DNA of 42,983 nt, from IMG/VR virus record IMGVR_UViG_3300000271_000002, positions 1-42,983 of that record; one strand, written 5' to 3'. A program made the translations under genes and the position numbers. Shown here piece by piece: positions 1 through 7,718 of this stretch. The stretch's first letter is position 1. Each line of letters begins with the position of its first letter. This DNA comes from a virus. The notes below the pieces were generated by a model. The model was given only the letters and a program-made list of their open reading frames with translations, was not told where the DNA came from and did no database searches.

Positions 1-82
1 CCAGCCCCGCCAAGCCATGGTTCAACATAGGCCTGGAAGACTTCGAAATGAACGAGTACACGCCAGCGCGTGAATACCTCGA
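1..82. repeat. Terminal direct duplication, copy 1 (identical to 42902-42983). It is either a circular-assembly overlap or terminal redundancy.
   Basis: A base-by-base comparison of the first 82 nt with the last 82 nt shows an exact match. The portal reading frame is continuous across the junction. Confidence 0.95.
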
Positions 83-1439
83 AATCGCCACCAAGCGGAT
101 GCAGGGCATCTTCAGACGCTCGAACTTCTACAAGGTGGCCACCCAGAACTATGGCGTGCTTGGCTCTTTCGGCACCGCAGGCCAACTTCAACTGTTCGAC
201 CAGGAAGATGTGTTCAACTTCCAGCCCCTGATGACAGGGCGTTACTGGATCGGCCTGAACGCCAAACGCCGCGTCAACCGGCTGTTCGTGGAACTGCACC
301 TGACCGTCGTGCAGATGGTCGAAATGTTCGGCAACAAGCGCATCCCGCCATCCATTAAAATGCAGTACGATCGCGGCGAATACTTCAATGAAAACAAGGT
401 CATGATGGCCATTTTCCCCAACCCTTATGTGGGATGGGATCGTGATGGCATGACCCTGCTGGCCGCAAACCAGAAGCCCTATGTGTCGGTGTACTGGATG
501 GAAGGCCACTCGATACCCCTGAAGACATCGGGATATGACCGTTTCCCCGCCCAGGTTCCCAGATGGGAAGTTGCAGGCGACGAGCCTTATGGCATCGGCT
601 GTGGCATGGACGCTATCGGCGACACCAAGGCCATGCAGATGAAGGAACGCGAGAAGGCCAAAGGCCTGATGAAGATGGTCAACCCATCGCTGTCCGCGCC
701 CTACGAAATGCGCAACGCGCTGTTCCCGATTTCAGGCGTGCCTGGCGGCGTTACCTATCGCCCGCCGAATACCAACCCCGACGGCATCGCGCCCCTGTAC
801 GAGGTCAATTTGCCCCTGCAATACCTACAGCAGGACATCCTGATCGATGAAAACCGCGTCAACAAAGCGTTCTATGCCGATCTGTTCTTGATGCTTCAGC
901 AAACGGATCGCGGCGATATGACCGCCCGCGAGGTCGCCGAACGCCACGAAGAAAAACTGCTGGCCCTGTCGCCGGTGGTCGAAAACCTTGGCAACGAGTT
1001 CCTTGATCCTGTCATCGAACGCAGTTTTGAAATCATGGTGGACAACGACATGTTGCCGCCGCCGCCGCCTGAAATCCAGGGCAAGACCCTGAAGGTCGAA
1101 TACATCAGCCCGTTGGCGCAAGCACAGCAGGCTCTTGGCATCGGCTCGATCCAATCGCTTCTGCAATTCGTCGGCCAGGCCAATGAAATGTTCCCCGATT
1201 CGCACATCGCCGATAAGGTCGATCTTGACCAGGCTGTGGATGAAATGGGCATAAGCCTTGGCGTTCCGCAACGCCTGATTAGAAGTGATGACAAGGTTGT
1301 CGTTATACGCGACAATCGCGCACAGCAAGTCGCCGCCGCGCAGAACATGGAGCAGATGGCTATGATGGCTGATGCGGTCGGCAAAGTAGGAAAAACACCG
1401 GCGGGTAATGCCGCCATCAACAAAGCCATAGGAGGCTAA
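48..1439 (+). CDS. Portal (head-to-tail connector) protein, C-terminal part. The true gene starts at 42595 and wraps, giving 581 aa in total.
   Basis: Position 48 maps to 42949 in the duplicated copy, which is in frame with the ATG at 42595 (354 nt = 118 codons) with no stop. The size and the position downstream of terL fit a T7-type connector, and the sequence reads like that family. The next gene is tightly coupled. Confidence 0.85.
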   Translation: MNEYTPAREYLEIATKRMQGIFRRSNFYKVATQNYGVLGSFGTAGQLQLFDQEDVFNFQPLMTGRYWIGLNAKRRVNRLFVELHLTVVQMVEMFGNKRIPPSIKMQYDRGEYFNENKVMMAIFPNPYVGWDRDGMTLLAANQKPYVSVYWMEGHSIPLKTSGYDRFPAQVPRWEVAGDEPYGIGCGMDAIGDTKAMQMKEREKAKGLMKMVNPSLSAPYEMRNALFPISGVPGGVTYRPPNTNPDGIAPLYEVNLPLQYLQQDILIDENRVNKAFYADLFLMLQQTDRGDMTAREVAERHEEKLLALSPVVENLGNEFLDPVIERSFEIMVDNDMLPPPPPEIQGKTLKVEYISPLAQAQQALGIGSIQSLLQFVGQANEMFPDSHIADKVDLDQAVDEMGISLGVPQRLIRSDDKVVVIRDNRAQQVAAAQNMEQMAMMADAVGKVGKTPAGNAAINKAIGG

Positions 1440-1440
1440 A

Positions 1441-1686
1441 ATGCCAAATCTTCAAAGTGTGGCACCTGCCAACAGTTACGGCGCGGTCACAAAAAGCGAC
1501 TCCACCGATCTGGGGGTTTGCCGCGGAATCAGCTTCGGCACCGCCGGTGACCTGGTGCTGACTGATCCAGATGGAACTGACCGCACGATACCATCGGGCG
1601 CATTGGCTGTCGGCATCATCCACCCTATTTCATACACGAAAGTGAAGGCCGCAACCACAGCCGCCAACATGGTGTGGTACAAGTAA
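1441..1686 (+). CDS. Hypothetical virion-region protein (81 aa)
   Basis: The ATG lies 1 nt after the portal stop and is preceded by GGAGG. It is coupled to the downstream gene (stop 1686, ATG 1688). No recognisable motif. Confidence 0.7.
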   Translation: MPNLQSVAPANSYGAVTKSDSTDLGVCRGISFGTAGDLVLTDPDGTDRTIPSGALAVGIIHPISYTKVKAATTAANMVWYK

Positions 1687-1687
1687 A

Positions 1688-3757
1688 ATGCACATCGGGA
1701 TCGCCAACGCCATAGGTTCTACACACCTGCCAGGCGCGGGCGGCGCACCCGCTTTCGTTCCGACCGATCTGGGCGCACGCCTGCTTCAGATGAATATGTT
1801 CAACCATCCGGCGACCATCACCGCGCCGTCGAACAACCTTGAAATCGTGGCCGACCAGTCGCAATACGGCAGGCACTGGGTATCATCCAGCACAGAACGC
1901 CCTGTTTATAGCGCGGCACGCGGTTCGGGAACCTTCAATGGCTCGAAGCGCATGACGCACAACCAGCCGTATCTATACAACACACCCAACGTCGAAACAT
2001 TTTTGATTGCCGCCATCCCTGACCAGGCTGATGGTCGCGTCTTCCTCGGTGAAACCGATCCAGCCACATCGCTGTTCGGTATTCAAAACGCTTACTACCC
2101 ATACCGACAAGGTTCCGGCGGCGGCGATGTCAAAAAGAACCAGGCGGAAGCATGGGGTGCGTCGTTTGCCGACAACATATTTTCAGACACGTTCGGCGGC
2201 GGCGATGTTTACACCGGCACCGGTGCTGAAGCTGATCTGTTCGAGTTCGGTGACACCGGCGCGGCCAGTGGTGCCGTTCTTCGATTCAGGAAGAACCAGA
2301 CAGATTTCACGCCCAAGACCTACAACAGAAGCGGCAAGACCAACGTGCCGACGCAACAAACGCTTGGCCAGCGTGCCATCCAAGGCGGGTACGAACACGG
2401 CGCGAACATGGAAGTGTTCGGCTTCATCGCCGTTAAGGACATCACCGATACAGAGCGTACAAATATACGCAATTACATCCAGGAACAATTCGGCACCATC
2501 TTATCCTTCGCATCGGTTCAAAACCGTGCGTTCCAAAACCGCAAAGCCGTTGTCGGCGCAGACCGTTTCGTGTCGCACTTCGAACACATCTTCGGCGCGG
2601 ACACCAGAAGCATCCGTGTCGGTTCGCTGAATTGGTACTACGGCCCAACCGGTGAAACCGCAACCGGCAACGCGCACAACATCGACAAGATGATCGCCTA
2701 CATCGATGGCGTGGATGACAACGCCGTGCAGTGGTCTGGTTCTGGTAGCGTCACGCTGGCAGATGGGCTTGAAGGCTTGCTGTCCGATCCATTACCAGCC
2801 ACCGCGTTCGGCCTCACGCACTTCCCCAAGGGAAGCCGCATGTGGTTTAGAACAAACGGGTCGATGGCCGCAGGTGCCTACATCCCCACTGAAAATGGTG
2901 CTGTGCGCCGCGATGCCGACGGCGAACAATTCTGTTTCTATGCGTCGGGAAGCACGAGCATTTCCAACCCGACCGCGACCGCGCCGTTCACGTTCACAGG
3001 TGTCGCACCGACACAAGAATATTACTGTTGGGCACCGATGATCGTCGGCCAATGTGTCGGTGAAATGGATGACGACAACAACGTGCCGAGGGTGCGCGTC
3101 CCGCTTGCCAAAGGTGATTCGATCTTCTGGGGCTTGGGTGATGGCATCGTCCGCACCGGCGGCGGCAATGGCTACTTCCAACTGGCCGTTTACAATGACG
3201 GCGTTGATATGATGCCTTCCGCCAACTTCAGCAAGGGCGGTGCAAAATCGTATTTCTATACCGGCGCAAACACCAAAATCGATTTTTGGATGCCCTATGC
3301 CAACGAACTCTATGAGAACCTGACGGTCAACGATGTGTTCGATCTGACCTATGCGCAGGCGACCGCGAACCTCACGGAAATCTGGGAAGAAGCCAAGGAC
3401 ACGTTCAACTATCGCGCCATCATCAGCATGTCGATCTTGCCGTTCTGCGGATCATCCGATGACTTCAAAACACTCGGTAACATGACCATCGCAGGCGGGC
3501 CTGGCGGTATCTTCGACACAGGCCAGAAGAAAGACCAGATCAATGCGTTCAAAGCCGCCGCCGTTGGCGATCTTGTGGATGTGAACGTCACGCTGACCAG
3601 CTTGCTCGACCCCACCGATCAACGCTTTTTTGCCAGCAATGGTGTGACCAATGGCTGGATTGTCGGCGATGGTGTTCACTATGCCTACGGCGCAGGACAG
3701 GTCGGCGGCTATCGCGCCCAGGCCGAACTGCGGGCGGGCATGGATTCGCTGTTCTAA
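1688..3757 (+). CDS. Large structural-region protein with a C-terminal SGNH/GDSL-type hydrolase domain (putative virion-associated esterase/deacetylase)
   Basis: 689-aa ORF. A GDS motif (KGDSIFWGLG) lies at nt 3113-3121 (aa 476-478). An NLTVND block-III-like segment is present. A DGVH (DxxH) motif lies at nt 3668-3679 (aa 661-664). The order matches SGNH blocks I, III and V. Confidence 0.75.
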   Translation: MHIGIANAIGSTHLPGAGGAPAFVPTDLGARLLQMNMFNHPATITAPSNNLEIVADQSQYGRHWVSSSTERPVYSAARGSGTFNGSKRMTHNQPYLYNTPNVETFLIAAIPDQADGRVFLGETDPATSLFGIQNAYYPYRQGSGGGDVKKNQAEAWGASFADNIFSDTFGGGDVYTGTGAEADLFEFGDTGAASGAVLRFRKNQTDFTPKTYNRSGKTNVPTQQTLGQRAIQGGYEHGANMEVFGFIAVKDITDTERTNIRNYIQEQFGTILSFASVQNRAFQNRKAVVGADRFVSHFEHIFGADTRSIRVGSLNWYYGPTGETATGNAHNIDKMIAYIDGVDDNAVQWSGSGSVTLADGLEGLLSDPLPATAFGLTHFPKGSRMWFRTNGSMAAGAYIPTENGAVRRDADGEQFCFYASGSTSISNPTATAPFTFTGVAPTQEYYCWAPMIVGQCVGEMDDDNNVPRVRVPLAKGDSIFWGLGDGIVRTGGGNGYFQLAVYNDGVDMMPSANFSKGGAKSYFYTGANTKIDFWMPYANELYENLTVNDVFDLTYAQATANLTEIWEEAKDTFNYRAIISMSILPFCGSSDDFKTLGNMTIAGGPGGIFDTGQKKDQINAFKAAAVGDLVDVNVTLTSLLDPTDQRFFASNGVTNGWIVGDGVHYAYGAGQVGGYRAQAELRAGMDSLF

Positions 3758-3784
3758 GTTATCCACAACTGATTAAGGAAGCAC

Positions 3785-4159
3785 ATGGCCGACCCCAAAC
3801 CATACGATCATACCGACCCCAAGCAGGTGAAGGATGCCAAGAAGGTTGTCAAAATCCTCGAAAACAGGATGCGCAACGGCCTTTTGAAAATCGCAGGCGA
3901 TCATGAAATCCGTTATGTCATCGCGCAGTTCCTCGCCATGGCAAAACCGTATGGCGATGTCTTCAGCACCATCCCGACACAGCACGCCTTCAACGATGGT
4001 TTCCGAAACGCAGGCAACTGGTGGCTGTCCAATCTGCTGTTGCATGACCCCCAGATTCTCCATAAACTTATGAACGATCAAGACAGCCCCATGAAGGTAG
4101 AAAAAGATGACGACGGACGCACCAGCACCAACAACGACACCGGCACCGACGAGCAATAG
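3785..4159 (+). CDS. Bbp19-like small head-module protein (124 aa)
   Basis: AAGGAAG RBS. The gene sits just upstream of scaffold and capsid. The FNDGFRNAGNWWLSNLL...DP segment resembles my memory of the Bbp19 family of BPP-1-like phages. This was not verified by search. Confidence 0.6.
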   Translation: MADPKPYDHTDPKQVKDAKKVVKILENRMRNGLLKIAGDHEIRYVIAQFLAMAKPYGDVFSTIPTQHAFNDGFRNAGNWWLSNLLLHDPQILHKLMNDQDSPMKVEKDDDGRTSTNNDTGTDEQ

Positions 4160-4937
4160 CACACCAGCTTCGCCCGCCGAGAAGTTGGCATCGGCCTATC
4201 CGAGCGCGACACCCGCGCCTGCGGCCCCTGCTGAACCCGCAAAGCCTGCGGCTGACGCACCAAAAGACAAACCGGCAGACGCGCCTGCGGCAAAGCCCGC
4301 CGACAAACCTGCTGATGAACCGAACAAGGACAAGCCCGCCGATCCTGCACCTGCGGCTGGTGATGATCCCAAACCTTCAGACTCGGATGAGAAGAAGGCT
4401 TCTGATGGCGAAAAGCCCGATGGTGAAAAACCAGAAGGCGAAGCGGAGGAAGGCAAAGAGCCAACCGTGCAGGAATACCAGGCGAACTTCGTTTTGCCGG
4501 AAGGTATGGAAGTTGACACCGACGTTTTAAACGCGGCTGTGCCAATTCTCCAAAAACATAAAGTGCCGCCCGAAGCGATGAAAGAGTTCGGCCCGATCAT
4601 GGCAAGCGTCATCAGTAAAACGATGAAGACTGCCGCCGATCAGCATGAAGCTGTCGTCACCAAGTGGCACGACCAAACCGTGGCTGTTCACGGCAAAGAA
4701 GGCGAAGCGGTCTTCAAAGAGAAAACCGCCGTTGCCAACCGCGCCATCAAGAAGTTCTTTTCCGAAGACGAACGGAACGCCTTGAAACACTACGGAACCG
4801 GAAATATGTCCGGCCTCTTTGCGCTTGCCTATCAGGTGGGCCTACAGATGCAGGAAGATACGACCGGTATGCCTTCCACCGCAGGAACGGGCGCAGGCGA
4901 GGAAACCCTCGCCGATGTCTGGTATCCACAAAAATAG
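4107..4937 (+). CDS. Scaffolding protein with a Pro/Ala/Lys/Asp low-complexity N-terminal half
   Basis: 276-aa ORF immediately upstream of the major capsid gene. The C-terminal half is helical and charged. The N-terminal 130 aa are PA-rich with KPAD-like repeats. The start is uncertain, because the ATG at 4107 overlaps the upstream gene by 53 nt. Confidence 0.7.
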   Translation: MTTDAPAPTTTPAPTSNSTPASPAEKLASAYPSATPAPAAPAEPAKPAADAPKDKPADAPAAKPADKPADEPNKDKPADPAPAAGDDPKPSDSDEKKASDGEKPDGEKPEGEAEEGKEPTVQEYQANFVLPEGMEVDTDVLNAAVPILQKHKVPPEAMKEFGPIMASVISKTMKTAADQHEAVVTKWHDQTVAVHGKEGEAVFKEKTAVANRAIKKFFSEDERNALKHYGTGNMSGLFALAYQVGLQMQEDTTGMPSTAGTGAGEETLADVWYPQK

Positions 4938-4962
4938 TAACCATCTGAAGGAGTAACAAACT

Positions 4963-5976
4963 ATGGCCGCATTAGGCACAGGCGCGATCACCCTGCTCGA
5001 CATCGCAAAAAAGATGGACCCGAATCTGAAGGACGTTGCTAACGTCGTAGAAGTTCTGGCCCTTCAAAACGACATCCTTAAATTCTTGCCGTTCATGGAA
5101 GGAAACCTGCCGACCGGTCACCGTGTGACCCTTCGTTCTGGCTTGCCGACCGTTGGTACGCGCAGAATTAACCAGGGTGTTTCCCCATCCAAGTCCACGA
5201 CCAAGCAGATCGATGAAGGCACCATGTTGCTCGAAGCGTTCAGCGAAGTCGATGTCGAAGCAATTCGACTGGGCGGCAACGAAGGCGCATTGCGTGCATC
5301 GGAAGATGTCAGCACCCTGGAAGCCATGAACCAGTTCTTTTCCACGAACTTTTTCTATGGCAACACGGCGCAGTACATCGACCGCTTCCACGGCATCACG
5401 CCCCGCTATAACTCGCTTTCGGGCGAATATGCAGGGCAGATTCTGGACGCAGGCGGCACCGGTTCTGACAACGCATCCATCTGGCTCGTAGGGCTTGGTG
5501 AACGCGGTCTGCATGGTATCTACCCATCAGGCACAAACGCCGGTATCGAACGCCACGACATGGGCGAACAGTTGATTGTGGATTCCTCGCTCGGCACACG
5601 CCGCGTCGTGAAAATGACGCGCCACGTTTGGCATAGCGGTATTTCCATCAAAGACTGGAGACACCTGGTTCGTATCGCCAACATCGATGTGTCCAACCTG
5701 GCCACCTTCGGTTCTGGTTCCGACACCGCCGCTAAACTCTTGCGCCTGATGATTCAAGCGACAAACAAAATTCCTGGCAACCCGAACGGGTACGGCCTGA
5801 AATATGTTTGGCTCATGAACAAAACGGCCAAGACCTGGGCGGATATTATGACGATGGAGAAGACCAACGCCGCGTTCGGCCTTAAAGAAATTTATGGCCA
5901 AGAGTTCACGACGTTCAGAAACATCCCCGTTGTAACGTGCGATGCCATGACCGAGGCCGAAAGCCGCGTGACATAG
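4963..5976 (+). CDS. Major capsid protein
   Basis: 337 aa with a strong AAGGAG RBS. It sits between the scaffold and cement genes and is followed by a hairpin. The length and position fit a BPP-1 Bbp17-type, HK97-fold capsid protein. Confidence 0.85.
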   Translation: MAALGTGAITLLDIAKKMDPNLKDVANVVEVLALQNDILKFLPFMEGNLPTGHRVTLRSGLPTVGTRRINQGVSPSKSTTKQIDEGTMLLEAFSEVDVEAIRLGGNEGALRASEDVSTLEAMNQFFSTNFFYGNTAQYIDRFHGITPRYNSLSGEYAGQILDAGGTGSDNASIWLVGLGERGLHGIYPSGTNAGIERHDMGEQLIVDSSLGTRRVVKMTRHVWHSGISIKDWRHLVRIANIDVSNLATFGSGSDTAAKLLRLMIQATNKIPGNPNGYGLKYVWLMNKTAKTWADIMTMEKTNAAFGLKEIYGQEFTTFRNIPVVTCDAMTEAESRVT

Positions 5977-5983
5977 TTTTAGT

Positions 5984-6009
5984 GCGGGCCGTCCTTCGGG
6001 CTGGCCCGC
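5984..6009 (+). terminator. GC-rich hairpin after the capsid gene (possible partial terminator)
   Basis: GCGGGCC (5984-5990) pairs with GGCCCGC (6003-6009). There is no clear T-run. Confidence 0.4.
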
Positions 6010-6064
6010 GCCTTTCAAGGCATGGCGAGGTGCCATTGCTGAAACCTTTTTTTAGGAGACTAAA

Positions 6065-6469
6065 ATGCTTATCGATCAAGAACTGGTTCTGTCGGATGCA
6101 CAGGCTATCACTGCCGATGCCGCCAGCACGAACTACTACGACCTGGGCGTTGCAAGACGCGCACCTGGTAATGCCACGCGCATCACCACGACCATCGTGG
6201 AAGCCTTCAACACGTTGACCTCGATGAACGTCATCATCGAGTGCGACGACAACAGTGCGTTTTCCTCGGCCAAAACTTTGTCCACCAAGAACCTGCTTCT
6301 GGCAGACCTGGCGATCAACAAAGTCTATGACCTTGGCGAAATCCCTGATGGTTGCGAACGCTACATCCGCGCCCGCTATGATGTGGTCGGAACCGACCCC
6401 ACGCTTGGCAAGGTCACGACTGTCCTGCATCCGCTTGGTTCAAACCAGACGGTTACGGGTCAAGAGTAA
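6065..6469 (+). CDS. Capsid cement/decoration protein (Bbp16-like)
   Basis: 134 aa with an AGGAG RBS, directly after the capsid gene. The N-terminal LSDAQAITADAASTNYYDLG pattern recalls the Bbp16 cement family (from memory). Confidence 0.7.
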   Translation: MLIDQELVLSDAQAITADAASTNYYDLGVARRAPGNATRITTTIVEAFNTLTSMNVIIECDDNSAFSSAKTLSTKNLLLADLAINKVYDLGEIPDGCERYIRARYDVVGTDPTLGKVTTVLHPLGSNQTVTGQE

Positions 6470-6482
6470 GCTGTGTTTTATG

Positions 6483-6510
6483 GGCCAGGGCTTTGCGGCT
6501 CTGGCCTTTA
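6483..6510 (+). terminator. Rho-independent terminator-like hairpin
   Basis: A 10-bp stem pairs 6483-6492 with 6497-6506 (two G-T pairs) around the loop TTGC. TTTA follows. Confidence 0.6.
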
Positions 6511-6548
6511 ACACTTCCCCATTTTCTTTAAACCCCACGAGGTAAAAC

Positions 6549-7043
6549 ATGTTTGTAAAAGTTCTCTATGCCGCAGGTGCTTTCCTGAACGGTAGCCACT
6601 ACGCCCAGGATGAAGTTCTGGACATCGATCTGGCCAAAGGCGAAAAACTTCCGCTTTGGGCTATCCCCTGCGATCAATTCGGCAACGAAACGGGCGAACG
6701 TCCGCAACTGCCCGAAGACAAGATCGCCGAAACCATCCAGGTCAATTCTATCGTCCGCGCCCCCAAAGGCCAGGCACCGCAGAAGGTGGCCGCAGAAGGT
6801 CTTGGCAAAGCTGTCGGCGGTGCACCTAACGAAGGCAACAAGGACAATTCCGGCGGCTTGACGGCTGAAGAACGCGCAGGCCAGATCAAGACGGCCCTGA
6901 CGCTCTTGGAGCCTGAAAACGACCAACACTGGAACGCTGACGGTAAACCCAACATGGGCGCACTGGAATCTGTTCTGGGCTTTGCCGCCACGCGCAAAGA
7001 AGTCGAAGCTGTGGATGGTTCTTTCGTCCGTCCGACGAAGTAG
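6549..7043 (+). CDS. Hypothetical head-proximal protein (164 aa)
   Basis: GAGG RBS. The C-terminal segment (IKTALTLLEPENDQHWNADGKPNMGALESVLG) resembles a small helical domain seen in Mu-like and other phage head-region proteins. This is a memory-based match only. Confidence 0.65.
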   Translation: MFVKVLYAAGAFLNGSHYAQDEVLDIDLAKGEKLPLWAIPCDQFGNETGERPQLPEDKIAETIQVNSIVRAPKGQAPQKVAAEGLGKAVGGAPNEGNKDNSGGLTAEERAGQIKTALTLLEPENDQHWNADGKPNMGALESVLGFAATRKEVEAVDGSFVRPTK

Positions 7044-7061
7044 TTTTCCGCATGGATTAAA

Positions 7062-7101
7062 ATGCCTGGCGCGGTATAATCACCGAAGCCAGGCATTTTT
7101 T
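7062..7101 (+). terminator. Strong rho-independent terminator
   Basis: ATGCCTGGC (7062-7070) pairs with GCCAGGCAT (7088-7096) and is followed by a T6 run. An A-rich stretch lies upstream. Confidence 0.8.
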
Positions 7102-7118
7102 ATGAGAAGGTTTTCAAG

Positions 7119-7718
7119 ATGGCCACCCAAGTCGATATTTACAACCGCGCATGGTTCGAGATAGGACACACCCGAAAAGTGAACGCCATCACCGACGGCA
7201 CGCCTGAAGCCAACGACTGCAACACCATCTATGACGGCGACCGTGAACAGCTTCTATCGCGTGGCCGGTGGGGTTTTGCCAAAGATGTCTTCACCCTCGC
7301 CCTGACGCTTCGCACGCCCAAAGGATGGGCCTTTGAATATTACTACCCGTTGACCTGCCTGACCGCGCTGGAAATCGCCCGCGACAATGTGCGCGACAAG
7401 AAAATCCCGTTTCAGGTCGGATCATATTATGATGCCGCCACCAACGTCGAAAAGAAGGTGATATGGACAAATCACGAATTTGCATCATTGGTTGGCATCA
7501 GGAACATCAAAAATCCCCTGATGTTTTCCCCGATGTTTACTGCGGCTTTGGTTTCCACGATGGCCGCGAAGCTGTCCCTGACGAAAGCCAAGGACACGAA
7601 GTTGTCGGCGCAGAAGATGAAAGAGGCCATGTATTATTTTAGCGAGGCCGTGCGCGTTGGCGAGGTCGAAGCCGAAGACGAAGAAACCCAAGACCCGAAC
7701 TGGATCACTGACCGATGA
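7119..7718 (+). CDS. Tail tubular protein A / adaptor (T7 gp11-like position and size)
   Basis: 199 aa, directly upstream of and ATGA-coupled to the nozzle gene. The N-terminal IYNRAWFEIG...LLSRGRWGFA pattern is typical of podovirus adaptor proteins. Confidence 0.7.
   Translation: MATQVDIYNRAWFEIGHTRKVNAITDGTPEANDCNTIYDGDREQLLSRGRWGFAKDVFTLALTLRTPKGWAFEYYYPLTCLTALEIARDNVRDKKIPFQVGSYYDAATNVEKKVIWTNHEFASLVGIRNIKNPLMFSPMFTAALVSTMAAKLSLTKAKDTKLSAQKMKEAMYYFSEAVRVGEVEAEDEETQDPNWITDR

Noticed and set aside
4513-4532. TTGACACCGACGTTTTAAAC inside the scaffold gene, which resembles P1 (TTGACACTACCGCCGTTTTAAAA).
   Set aside because: No acceptable -10 hexamer lies at 16-18 nt spacing. It sits within the coding sequence and is probably a chance partial match.
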